Source: an uncultured Methanoregulaceae archaeon
Lineage (GTDB): Archaea > Halobacteriota > Methanomicrobia > Methanomicrobiales > Methanospirillaceae
Assembly: GCA_963705255.1 (NCBI GenBank)
Contig: OY970061.1
Location: 640,001-704,000, forward strand
DNA length: 64,000 nucleotides
Direction of reading: 5' to 3'
The position numbers and the translations under genes were made by a program. The first letter of the stretch is position 1. Every line of letters starts with the position of its first letter. The notes beneath the pieces are model-generated. The model was not told the DNA's origin and did no database searches. It saw only the letters and a list, made by a program, of their open reading frames with translations. Of this stretch, positions 45,401 to 55,806 are shown in pieces.

Positions 45401-48400
45401 GGTAACGCCCGAAATCAAAATACGCCTTCCCGATCCTGATCCAGCCGGTCTCCTGGTCCGGATCGATGTTGAGTGATTTGGTATAGGCGGCGATCGCCTC
45501 TTCGGTCCTGCCGAGCTGGCTGAGTGCGTCTCCTTTCCGCATCCAGACATCAGGGAGCGCAGGATTGATATCGAGGGCCCGGGTATAGGCGGGAACGGCG
45601 TCCTGGATCTTGCCGAGGTCGAACAATGCATCCGCCTTCCTGACCCACGCCACGGCAAGGTTCACGTTGATCTCCAGGGCCTTGTTGAAGGCCTGGATCG
45701 ATTCCTGTTTTTTCGAGAGACTGAGAAGGGCATTCCCTTTCTGCATCCAGGTGTCGATGAGGGTGGGGTTGAGCGAGAGGATGCGGTCGTCCATCTCGAT
45801 CGTCTCTGCAAAACGGCCGAGGATGAAAAGGGAACTGGCCCGGTAGATCATCGCTTCGATGAGGGAGGGGCTGGCCTTGAGGCTCAGATCGAAGAACCGG
45901 ATGGCTTCTTCGTGACGCGACAGGGCAGCAAGAGCGATCCCCCGGTACATATGGGCATCTGATAACGAGGGGTCGATAGCCGTCGCACGTTCGAGTGCCA
46001 CGATGGCTTCGTCGTACTGTTTTGCCTGGAGGTGGGCCAGTCCCATGTAATAATACGACGACGGGTTGTCCGCTTCAAGGGCAAGAGCGCTCGAGAATGA
46101 CCTGACTGCCTCATCATACCGCTCCTGCTGGATGAGCGAGATGCCCCGGTAATGGTATGCCTGGGCATTCGAAGGTTCCAGAGAGAGGGAACTGTCAAAG
46201 GCTTTGATGGCATCCTCATACCGCTCACGTCCGGCATAGGCGATGCCGAGATAATACAAACCCGAAGCATTGTCAGGTTCAAGCGAGAGGGCTGTCTCAA
46301 ATGCCGTGATGGCATCATCGTACCGTTCCCGCTGGGCAAGGGCAACGCCTTTCTGGTACAGGATCTTTGGATCGTCCGGAGAAATTTCGAGCGCCTGGTC
46401 ATACGATACGACCGCTTCGAGCGGTTTACCGAGCCGGGCAAGCGCATTGCCCCGCTCGAAAAATGCCCGTGCACATTTCCGGTTGATCTCCAGTGCCCGG
46501 TCAAATGACCGTATTGCCTCGTCATAACGCCCGAGTTCTGAAAAGGCCAAGCCTTTATAGCACCAGGCCCAGACATCGCGGGGGTTGTTCTCGAGCGCCG
46601 CACCGAGTACGGAGACTGCATCATCGAACCGGTTCATGGAGAAGAGTGCAATGCCTTTCCGGACAGCGGCCTCGTTCAGGTCCGGGCTCAGCCCGAGCGC
46701 CCGGTCAAAGGCCCCGATCGCATCATCGAAGTGGCCCATGTAGGCAAGGGCGATACCTTTGTGGAGCCAGCCATCGGTCAGTGCCGGGTTCTGCTCAAGC
46801 GCTTCATCGAGGGCAGCCACGCACTCCTGGTACCGCATCAGGTGAAACAGGGCCAGGGCTTTCTCGAACAGAGCACCGGTATTCTGGGGGGAGATGGCAA
46901 GGACGGCGTCAAAAGCAGGTACGGCTTCGGCATACCGGTTGAGATGCGCCAGCGTCGTACCCCGATTGTACAGCGCAAGGATACTCGCGGGATCGATCTC
47001 AATTGCCTGGTCAAAGGATGCAATCGCTTCGTCGAACCTCCCGAGCTGGACGAATGCGAGCCCGCGGTGATAATATGCGTTGGTATGGTTCGGGTTGATC
47101 GTCACGGCCTGCCCGAAGGCTTCAAGTGCGGGTTCAAACCGTCCGAGCTTGACAAGGGCGAGCCCCTTGTCGTAGTGTGCCTGCGCATAGGAGGGATTTA
47201 TCCTGATACTTCCGTCAAATGCCTCGATGGCCTCGTCGTACCTGCCGATTTTTGCCAGCTGGAGTCCTTTCTGGTGGAAAGCCCGTTCATTTCCCGGGTC
47301 GAATGCGATGGTCCGCTCGAACTCCTGGACGGCATCGTCATTTCTCCCCAGTTTTGCGAGGGCGAAACCCTTATGGTAGAGGGCGTCCGAAAACCCGGGG
47401 TTGATTTGCAGGGCCCGGTCGTAGGCCGCGATGGCCTCGCTGAACCGCCCGAGACTTGCATAGGAGACACCCTCCTGGTACGCAGCAGGGGCGCACCCGG
47501 AATCATGACTGAGAGCGGATTCAAACGACTCAATGGCCTCCTTGTGCCTCCCGAGGCGGGTGAGGGCGACCCCCCGGTAATACCAGGAACCCGCGTGGTC
47601 GTCACCGAGTGCCAGTCTCCGGCCCAGTGACTCCAGCGCGTCTTCGTACCGGCTCAGGCTGACCGAGGCGACTCCCCTCCGGAACCATGCTTCCGCGTTG
47701 TCCGGTTCGAGGGCAAGGGTCCGGTCGAAGTCCTGCACGGATTCCTGGAACTTTTTCAGGCGGTAAAAGGCGAGGCCCCGCTGGTAGTGGGCCGGGGCAT
47801 TGGCCGGGCCGGCCTCGATTGCTTTGCCGAATGCCACAACTGCATCCTGATACCGGTTGAGGCTGGTCAGCGCAAGTCCCTGGTAATACCAGGCATCCGC
47901 CAGTGACGGGTTCAGCGTGGCGGCCTGCTGCAGTGCGGTCACTGCTTCTTCATATTTCCCGATCTTGAAGAGGGAGATCCCCTTGATTGCCCAGATATCG
48001 GCATGGAGCGGTTCCTGCTGGAGGAAGTTATCCGCAGATCTTGCCGCAGCTTCGTTCCGGCCCTGCCGTGCAAGGATGAAACAGCGGTAATACCAGACCC
48101 AGACATCGGTAGGGTCGATATCGTAGGCCCGGTCGAATGAGGCCAGGGCATCGTCATTCCTGCCGAGCTCATACTGGGAAATTCCCTTGTTGTAATAGGC
48201 CCGTGAATAATCGGGGACAAGTTCTATTGCCTTGTTGTACGCGACGATCGCTTCATTATGCCGCCCCAGGTCGGCGAGTGCGATCCCCTTGTTATAATAG
48301 ACCTTGGCGTGCCGGGGATCGACCATGAGCGCATGGTCGTAGGCAGTGATGGCATCCCTGAACCGCCCGAGCTCGTAAAATGCGATACCCTTGAGGATCC

Positions 48401-48731
48401 AGGCTTCGGCATTGTCGTATTGTATGGAGAGCAGGCGGTCGCAGGCCTCGAGAGCTTCCTCGTTCCTGCCGAGCTGGGTGAGGGTCGCCGCTTTGTTGTA
48501 CCAGGCATTCGGGTCTGCGGGTTCGATTGCAACAACCTGGTCGTAGGCTTTTATTGCTTCTTCAAGTTTTCCCAGGTCGTAGAGTGCAATACCCTTGAAA
48601 TAATGGGCCTTTGCCAGGTTGGGATAGAGCGCAAGGCTCCGGTCGAACATGACAATAGCTTCCTGGTACCGGCCGATGTCATAGAGTTCAATGCCCTGCC
48701 GCAACAGTGCTTCCGCATCACTCTTGTTCAT
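36494..48731 (-). CDS. Giant all-TPR protein (~4,080 codons, ~120 repeats); apparent 1-nt frameshift near 37360
   Basis: ORF 37350..48731 (3793 aa) plus the TPR-coding part of ORF 36494..37900. Continuous 34-aa TPR consensus with no other recognisable domain. Confidence 0.92.
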
Positions 48732-48923
48732 GAATCAGGTTACCTCGTTGGTGGAATGCCGGGTATATTTCTGGATTTTTCCGCTTCTCTCTGCCTGCTG
48801 CCGTTATTTTCACTCAGGTATAAGGTTACTTATAAGCGGCATATACCCTTTCCGGTACATATATATGTACACCAGCGATTTATCAATCCTGTTTTTATGC
48901 TCATGCTGGAGGAGGACGGGTGG

Positions 48924-50171
48924 TCAGGCATCCTGGAGTTCCCGGATGACGGCAGAAAGCCGTTCCACACCGGTACGGATCTTATCGGGCGTTGCATTGG
49001 AGAAATTGACCCGGAGCGTGTTCTGTCCGCCCCCGTCCACGTAAAACGGGATGCCCGGGAGGACGGCGACCTGCTGCCGGAGAGCGCATTCAAAGACATC
49101 CATGGAGAAGATCCCGTCCGGGAGCGTAAGCCAGACAAACATCCCCCCGGATGGCCGGGTATAGGTCACAGACTCCGGCAGCATCTCCTCAAACATCCGG
49201 ATCATGAGATCGCACTGGCTCTTGTATGCGGCACTGATTGCCTGTACCCGTGCATCGATCTCCCCGCGGCACAGGTACTCGAACGCAATCCTCTGGGACA
49301 GGTAATTGGAATGGAGGTCGGACGCCTGTTTTGCCACAACGATCTGCTCCATGACCTCGGGAGGCGCGACCACCCACCCCATCCGCAGGCCGGGGGCAAG
49401 GATCTTGGAGAATGACCCGGTGATGATCGTCTGGTCAGGCAGGAACTCCCGGACCGACGGGCTCGATCTTCCTGAAAAATTCAGTTCGCCATACGCGTCG
49501 TCCTCGACAAAGAGCGTCCCGCTCCCTTCGAGTATCCCGGCGATCTCGCGGCGCCGTTCATCGGAATAGGTTATGCCGGACGGGTTCTGCGAATTCGGCA
49601 CGCCGTAGAATAACTTCAGGGGGTACCTGCCTGCCACATCGGCAAGCATGACGGGGTCCGGCCCGTCTTCCCGGAGGATGACCGGGTGAAAGCAGGGTTC
49701 GTAGAGGGAAAACGCCTGGATGGCCCCAAGGTATCCGGGGCGTTCGATCGCCACGTGGTCCCCGGCATCGATGAGCACTTTGCCTATCAGGTCGAGGCAC
49801 TGCTGCGACCCGTTGGTGATGAGGATCTCGTCCGGGGAGACGGAGAGTCCCAGCCGTTTTTTGTACCGCTCGGCAATGAACTGCCGGAGCGGGAGGTATC
49901 CTTCGGTGGTGGAGTACTGGAGTGCCGACCTTCCGTCCTCTGCGAGCACGATGGAAGCTGCTTTCGCAATCCCCTCGACATCGATGAGTGCCGGGTTGGG
50001 AAGCCCCCCGGCAAAGGAGATGATCTCGGGGTTCTCGGTCACCTTGAGAATTTCGCGGATGAACGACTTGGGAGTCCGCGCCATCCGCTGTGCGAAGGTG
50101 TAACTTTGTTTCTGCCGGTCTGATTTTTGTGTGCCGGAGGTTCCGGACTGAGCTGACGGGTGAGTGTTCAT
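48924..50171 (-). CDS. PLP-dependent class I aminotransferase (LysN/ARO8-like)
   Basis: ISFAGGLP, ITNGSQQ, QNPSG, EDDAY, GSFSKILAPGLRMGW and GGMFVW motifs. Confidence 0.92.
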   Translation of the reverse strand: MNTHPSAQSGTSGTQKSDRQKQSYTFAQRMARTPKSFIREILKVTENPEIISFAGGLPNPALIDVEGIAKAASIVLAEDGRSALQYSTTEGYLPLRQFIAERYKKRLGLSVSPDEILITNGSQQCLDLIGKVLIDAGDHVAIERPGYLGAIQAFSLYEPCFHPVILREDGPDPVMLADVAGRYPLKLFYGVPNSQNPSGITYSDERRREIAGILEGSGTLFVEDDAYGELNFSGRSSPSVREFLPDQTIITGSFSKILAPGLRMGWVVAPPEVMEQIVVAKQASDLHSNYLSQRIAFEYLCRGEIDARVQAISAAYKSQCDLMIRMFEEMLPESVTYTRPSGGMFVWLTLPDGIFSMDVFECALRQQVAVLPGIPFYVDGGGQNTLRVNFSNATPDKIRTGVERLSAVIRELQDA

Positions 50172-50392
50172 AAATCACCTGCAAAAACCTGCATAAACTG
50201 AGATAAATTAGGTTGTATATGCCTTTAAAGCATCAGGAGCCCCGGAGCACCGGTTTTATGTGAACTGCTGGTGCAGGGAAATGATCATAACCGGGATCTG
50301 GCCGGAAAAATACCGGTACCGAAAAAGGCTGGACCCGGTGCATAAGCCGCTGGTAGTGTATGCTCTGGATATCATTCTGGTGCAAACTCATA

Positions 50393-50758
50393 CTCGCTAA
50401 ATTATTTTCTGGTCCAATCCGGTACGCGTCAAGAATATTTTTGGCTCGATCACGTACGAGGCAAAAAATTTCCGGCCCGATCTGAGTTGCGCCAAAAATA
50501 TTTTTGGGCCGATCTGAGTTGAGGCAAATTTTTTTTTGGCGCGACCGGGGCATGTCAGACAACTAGCTTTCAGACGTGAACGATCATTTTTAGGAGGGGG
50601 TCCCAAATATTTTTTTGGCTCATACCGAGTTGAGGCAAAAAAACTTTTGACGCGATCTGAGTTGAGCCGGAAATTTTTTTGGCGTGATCGGGCATGAGGC
50701 CAAAATATTTTTGGACCAATCACAATCGCGCCGGAAATTCTTTTGAGGCAATCAGACA
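50393..50758. repeat. Array of ten degenerate ~32-bp tandem units (5 + 46-nt gap + 5)
   Basis: Unit starts 50393, 50425, 50457, 50488, 50520 | 50599, 50631, 50663, 50695, 50727. Approximate consensus TGAGGCAAAAATWTTTTTGGCNCGATCNGAGT. Confidence 0.85.
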
Positions 50759-50819
50759 TAGTTCACTTTCACCCTCCCCATGGCCTGCCTTATTATCCCA
50801 AATCCTGCCACTATGGATC

Positions 50820-50996
50820 ATGGAAGCACTTACACGACAGATGGTCCAGCCAGTACCCTATGACTACCAGAAGATCCAGAGAATCCGCGAGAGGATCAAG
50901 GAAGTCTTCGGGCGCGAAAGTATCATGAATGACGAGCTGCTGTTAAAACGGTATAACATAACTCCCGATGGCGACCTGATCATGATCGTGCGGTAA
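50820..50996 (+). CDS. Small hypothetical protein (58 aa)
   Basis: MEALTRQMVQPVPYDYQKIQRIRERIKEVFGRESIMNDELLLKRYNITPDGDLIMIVR. Protein-like sequence just downstream of the repeat array. Confidence 0.55.
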   Translation: MEALTRQMVQPVPYDYQKIQRIRERIKEVFGRESIMNDELLLKRYNITPDGDLIMIVR

Positions 50997-51190
50997 TCTC
51001 CAAACAATTGCATGGAAAGAAGGTTACCGCTTCTTCGGCTGCTCCCGGGATTTATTTGATGCAATGAAAAGAACCGCGAAGAATAACCAGACCTATACCT
51101 GACTCTCTACATCTATGCACCGTCCGGACCGGGGGTCTGAAGAGGATAGAGTCATCCGGGAAAATTCAAGATTAAAATTAGATTTATAAA

Positions 51191-51496
51191 CTAAAAATCC
51201 GGGAGAAGATATCCATATGGACTATTTTTAGAGTCTTCATATTGTTGTCTGCTAAAAATTCGTTGGTTAAATTGTTGCCCAAGTACTGAGCCAGAGACAA
51301 TATATTGTTTAGTAAACAGACCATCGCTACCATAGAGATATGTGACTTCAGTAACAGTAATTCCTCCAATTATAAAGTTTGAAGATTTTGATTGTCGATT
51401 TAGTTCTACGCATCCTGCTGAAAAGGTTGTTATAACCAATAATAGTATAAGGAGTAAAACAGTAATTCGACGAGTTTTAAATATTTTTTCCGACAC
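51191..51496 (-). CDS. Small lipoprotein-like hypothetical protein in AT-rich islet
   Basis: Basic N-terminus, a hydrophobic stretch and FSAGC. AT-rich codon usage. Confidence 0.55.
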   Translation of the reverse strand: MSEKIFKTRRITVLLLILLLVITTFSAGCVELNRQSKSSNFIIGGITVTEVTYLYGSDGLFTKQYIVSGSVLGQQFNQRIFSRQQYEDSKNSPYGYLLPDF

Positions 51497-51596
51497 AAGT
51501 TTAAATATAATTTATCTAGTGATAAATTTTTTGAAATAATAGTATAATCTTTGATGTGGATAAAATTATTCGGAAGAATCCGACATGGAGATTATG

Positions 51597-51878
51597 TTAA
51601 AAAATATCCCATTTTTTGACCATTTCTTCGATCCTTATGAGACGTTCATCTCTGTCCTCATTGATTTTTATATTTTTAAGTTGTTCTTTAAAAGAAAAAT
51701 ATATAGTCAAGTAGGCGATGGAGACTCCTATAAACGCAATCCCGTTGGAGGTTGGATTTAATGCTAGCGGGCATACGTATGCGATAATAGCGAGTATAAA
51801 GAATGCAATTGTCCCTATAAACCCTATTCTAGCCCACAATCGTATAAATTCTTTTGAGTGGGTATAGTTTGACGTCAT
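51597..51878 (-). CDS. Small two-TM hypothetical protein with charged C-tail in AT-rich islet
   Basis: IGFIGTIAFFILAIIAYVC...IAFIGVSIAYLTIYFSF followed by ...RDERLIRIEEMVKK. Start uncertain. Confidence 0.6.
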   Translation of the reverse strand: MTSNYTHSKEFIRLWARIGFIGTIAFFILAIIAYVCPLALNPTSNGIAFIGVSIAYLTIYFSFKEQLKNIKINEDRDERLIRIEEMVKKWDIF

Positions 51879-52047
51879 AAGTGATCGAATCAACAAATTA
51901 AAAGAATAATCTTTCGGAACTCCCTCGCAATGAACCATAAGCAGAATGCCCCGACCGAGATTTCTATTTTCAAAGATATAATGAATCGGACAACGAATTA
52001 AGGATATTTTGACAAAATAACCCAAAAGATTTGAACTTTTCAATTCA

Positions 52048-52121
52048 AGCCTGTGGCGAGATTCGAACTCGCGACTTCCTCCTTACCAAGGAGGCACACT
52101 ACCGGGCTGTGTCACACAGGC
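52048..52121 (-). tRNA. tRNA-Thr (GGT)
   Basis: Acceptor GCCTGTG/CACAGGC, anticodon arm CCTCC-TTGGTAA-GGAGG, T-loop TTCGAAT. Confidence 0.95.
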
Positions 52122-52305
52122 ATCTTCACACGAAGCAGCCGTTCGCAGTGGTCCTCTCAAAGAAGGCGTTCCACGGTTGAGCCACTGGTTCGGGTTGCCT
52201 AACTACGTTGTGAGTAATCCCTATAAAACATTGCGGAGAAGCATTGCCGGAAACCTGTACCATCCCCCGTCGCCGGCGAATTGCACAGGAGACCGGAGAG
52301 AGGTA

Positions 52306-53016
52306 TCAGAGCGCCTGGAGCTGCCCGATACTTCTGACAACCCCTTCAAACGTAGCCACTTCGATAACCGGGACGATACCTGAGTTCCTGACCGCTCTCA
52401 TGACAGCGGAGAAATCGATGGTGCCGTCCCCGACCGCAGAATGCGAATCTTCCCTCCCGTAATTGTCATGGAGGTGGTAATGGGATGCCGGGTGCGTGAG
52501 AAACCTGTCAAGGCATTTCATCTGGTTGGCATGGCCGACATCGAGCGCAAAGGCTGCCGCTCCGATGAGCGGGAGTTCTTCGGGTGTTTTCAGCAGGAAA
52601 TAGTCCCAGTTCCCCATGTTCTCGATGAAGAACCGGACCGAATGTTCGTCCGAAAGGGCGGTGAGGTCCGCAAGCGAACGGTGCAGCTGCTCCTCCGCCT
52701 TCCCCCGCTCCTCTGCCCACGCGAAATAGCCGGGGTGGATGACCAGGCCCGCGTTCACGTCCGCGGCGATACGGAAACACTGCTCCATGACCTCCACCGA
52801 AGCCCGGCGGATCGGTTCGAGGACGCTCGCGATATTGGTTCCCCGGCAGGGCGTATGGAGGGAGAAGTGCCCGTCAAAGGAGAGAAGGGGTTCGGCGGTT
52901 TCCAGGAAATGGGGGTCGTCGTCCATGATCTCGATCCTGTCCGTGATGGCAGCCAGTTTTTCGAGCGCTTCCGGGAGCGGGAGGCTGTGCAGGCAGAAGG
53001 TGGAGACCCCGAACAT
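52306..53016 (-). CDS. Sugar-phosphate isomerase/epimerase (AP-endonuclease-2 TIM barrel) family
   Basis: SLH.P, VIHPG, IENM, LDVGHA, HLHDN.G.ED.H...GDG.IDF and VIEV motifs. Confidence 0.88.
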   Translation of the reverse strand: MFGVSTFCLHSLPLPEALEKLAAITDRIEIMDDDPHFLETAEPLLSFDGHFSLHTPCRGTNIASVLEPIRRASVEVMEQCFRIAADVNAGLVIHPGYFAWAEERGKAEEQLHRSLADLTALSDEHSVRFFIENMGNWDYFLLKTPEELPLIGAAAFALDVGHANQMKCLDRFLTHPASHYHLHDNYGREDSHSAVGDGTIDFSAVMRAVRNSGIVPVIEVATFEGVVRSIGQLQAL

Positions 53017-53145
53017 ACCTGAGTGGTCGGGGTTCCCGGTTCTTAAACATGTGCCCGGCAGGATGAAGAATTATGGAAAAAAATAAGGTATTGGCTCTGT
53101 AGAAATCCTTTCATTGTTCATTTTTTCCAAACTGTTTGGTGAGAT

Positions 53146-53330
53146 TGGGAGGGTAACCCCCTCTTTCCCCCAGAGGGGGGAGGCAGCTCATGGGGCGTAC
53201 CCCTTGACTCCCTTTTTATTTTCCACCCGTTTTCAGTGAATTTCTCGCTAACCTTCTGAGTGGCTATCACTGTATGGGGGGTGCCCCAGCGGCGGGGGCG
53301 GAGGCATCATATGCCGAAGCCCCCAAGAGC
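53146..53330. repeat. Cluster of GC-rich stem-loops (REP/MITE-like candidate)
   Basis: CCCCCTCT..AGAGGGGG, GGGGCGTACCCC, GGGGTGCCCC and GGGGGC-GGA-GGCAT..ATGCC-GAA-GCCCCC. Confidence 0.45.
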
Positions 53331-53367
53331 GTTAACCGGATTTTCTGATGATTTCCCCAAAGCCGAA

Positions 53368-54414
53368 TTACTTTTTCAGCCGCACTTCCATCTGCGGGAA
53401 CGGGATCTCGATCCCTTCTGCTGCAAACCGCTCGGCAATCCGGGAATTGATGGCGTCCCTGACCTCGTCGGGCAGGTTGTACTTCTTCGCCCAGACATAG
53501 AGGATGAATTTCAGGCCGGAGTCGCCGAACTCCGTAAAGAATGTCGTGGGTTCCGGGTCGTCCAGCAGGTAATCCGTTGCCCTGGCGGTGGTGCGGGCAA
53601 TCTCCAGCAGGATCTCCTTCACTTTCGCCGGGTCGGTCCCATACGCGACCGTGACCGGGATCGTCATCTTGAGCTTCTGGTCGGGCTCGGAATAGTTCAC
53701 GATACTGTTGGACGTGATCTTGTTGTTGGGAATGGTGACTACCTGGTAGTCCAGGGTCCTGAGCCGGGTGCTCCGGGGCCCGACCGCGAGGACATCCCCG
53801 TAATACTGGTCCACCTTGATCCGGTCCCCGACCTTGAAAGGCTTGTCGACCGTGATGATCGCCCCGCCAAAGAAGTTGGAGATGATGTCCTGCGCCGCCA
53901 GCGCGACCGCCAGGCCCGCGATACCGGCACCGGCAAGGAAGGGGGTTATGTCGACATTGAATACCTTGAGGATGGCCATGAGGGCCCCGAACCAGACGAG
54001 CCATTTTACGATAAGTTCGAGAAGTTCGATGAGACGGTCATCCCAGTCGCTCTCTGACTGCCTGGCAAACTCATGGCCGTAGATAACGATGATGTCGTGG
54101 AGGAACGAGGAGATGATCCAGGCACCGATCACGACATAGAATGCGGTGATGAAGCGGGGATCGAGGATCCACTGCAGGCTGCCAGGAAGAATACCGAAAT
54201 GGCTGACCGCAAAATGGAGCGCAACTGCGATGATGCCGATCTGGACCGGTGTCCCGATAGCCGCGATGATGATATCGTCCAGCTTGGTCTCGGTCTGTTC
54301 GGCTTTTGCTTCCAGCCAGCGGACCGCCAGCCGCGCAATCAGAGCGAAGAGTATGCCGAAAACAACCGTTACTACCGCGTAGACGTAATTCAGATCCAAA
54401 ATTCCCAAATCCAT
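53368..54414 (-). CDS. mscS: Small-conductance mechanosensitive channel
   Basis: GAGIAGLAVALAAQD..SN..GG, KPFKVGD, RSTRLRT, IPNN and IEIPFPQ motifs. Confidence 0.93.
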   Translation of the reverse strand: MDLGILDLNYVYAVVTVVFGILFALIARLAVRWLEAKAEQTETKLDDIIIAAIGTPVQIGIIAVALHFAVSHFGILPGSLQWILDPRFITAFYVVIGAWIISSFLHDIIVIYGHEFARQSESDWDDRLIELLELIVKWLVWFGALMAILKVFNVDITPFLAGAGIAGLAVALAAQDIISNFFGGAIITVDKPFKVGDRIKVDQYYGDVLAVGPRSTRLRTLDYQVVTIPNNKITSNSIVNYSEPDQKLKMTIPVTVAYGTDPAKVKEILLEIARTTARATDYLLDDPEPTTFFTEFGDSGLKFILYVWAKKYNLPDEVRDAINSRIAERFAAEGIEIPFPQMEVRLKK

Positions 54415-54459
54415 ACACGTACTCTTATGTCATTTCGGAGTAAATAGCTTTGAGCGTAC

Positions 54460-55488
54460 ATGGCGACAGGAAAGGAGATTGCTGATTTACTGCACGAGAT
54501 GGTGGACCGGGATATGGCATTCATGCATATCTGCGGCACCCACGAGGCTGCAATTGCACGGAGCGGCCTGAGGAGCCTCCTGCCGGACCGGCTCAGGATC
54601 GTTATGGGGCCCGGGTGCCCGGTCTGTATCACCCCGCAGGGCGAGATCGATGCAGCGCTCGATCTCGTTGAAAAAGACTGCATCATCGCGACTTACGGCG
54701 ACCTGCTCCGGGTCCCGGGCTCGAAAGGGTCCATGGAGTCATGCGGCGGCGACATCCGTGTCGTCCAGGGTGTCCACAAGGCGGTCGGGATTGCAGAGAA
54801 GACCGACAGGGAAGTGGTCTTCATCTCGGTAGGCTTCGAGACCACGGCCCCGACGGTTGCCGCAACCATCCTTGCCCGCCCACCGGAGAATTTTTCCATC
54901 CTCTCCTGCCACCGCGTTGTCCCGCCTGCCATGAAATGGCTGCTTGAACAGGGCGAGGCGAAGCTGAACGGGTTCATGCTCCCCGGCCATGTCTGCACGA
55001 TCATGGGATACGAAGAATATGAGCAGTTCCCGGTCCCTCAGGTGGTCGCAGGATTTGAACCCGACGACATCCTCCTCGGCCTCCTGATGCTGGTCCGTCA
55101 GGTGAAGGAGGGGACGCACCGGGTGGACAATGCCTATCCGCGGGCAGTCAGCCGCGAAGGAAATGTCAAGGCCAAAAAGGTCATGTACGAAGTCTTCGAG
55201 CCGTTCGATGTCGAGTGGCGGGGTTTCCCGGTTATCCCCGGCTCGGGCCTGCGACTCAAAAAGGAGTTCGAGCAGTACGACGCCCAGAAAAAGTTCGGCA
55301 TCGTGTTCCGGCAGATCAGCAAGCATTCGGCCTGCATCTGCGACAAGGTCCTGAGGGGGATCGCCCAGCCGTCCGACTGTAAACTGTTCGCGAAGGTCTG
55401 CAGCCCGAGGACCCCGGTCGGGCCGTGCATGGTCAGCCACGAAGGGGCCTGCAAGATCTGGCACCAGTACCAGCTCAAGAAGCCCTGA
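54460..55488 (+). CDS. hypD: Hydrogenase maturation protein HypD
   Basis: HICGTHE, GPGCPVC, GFETT, PGHV and GPCMVSHEGAC motifs. Confidence 0.96.
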   Translation: MATGKEIADLLHEMVDRDMAFMHICGTHEAAIARSGLRSLLPDRLRIVMGPGCPVCITPQGEIDAALDLVEKDCIIATYGDLLRVPGSKGSMESCGGDIRVVQGVHKAVGIAEKTDREVVFISVGFETTAPTVAATILARPPENFSILSCHRVVPPAMKWLLEQGEAKLNGFMLPGHVCTIMGYEEYEQFPVPQVVAGFEPDDILLGLLMLVRQVKEGTHRVDNAYPRAVSREGNVKAKKVMYEVFEPFDVEWRGFPVIPGSGLRLKKEFEQYDAQKKFGIVFRQISKHSACICDKVLRGIAQPSDCKLFAKVCSPRTPVGPCMVSHEGACKIWHQYQLKKP

Positions 55489-55806
55489 TCCGACAGACCG
55501 TTCCTCCCTGCCGGGGAATATACGGGCACGGGCGGGATTACATACAAGAGATAGGATATTTCCCTCAGATGTCCGGTGCCTGCGGTATTCAAAACGAATC
55601 GTGTACTCAATCTCCCAAACGTGTACTCACGAGGTGTCCCGGAAATTTTCAGTCATGGGCTCTGGTATGGAGGTTCATACCATGTTTTCCCAAAAGGATA
55701 AATATCGCGATATTCTATAGTCCGATCCTGAGACCATGTCGCCACTGGAGATGAAACGCTGGAAAAAACCCGCAAATTCACCACGGGCCGCGAGCCTGCC
55801 ACACGG

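Noticed and set aside
36494-48731. Assembly collapse or expansion as the origin of the giant TPR gene
   Set aside because: The repeats are strongly diverged at both DNA and protein level, with no long identical blocks visible.
50393-50758. CRISPR array interpretation of the 32-bp repeats
   Set aside because: The units are contiguous and degenerate along their whole length, with no constant repeat alternating with unique spacers and no adjacent cas genes.
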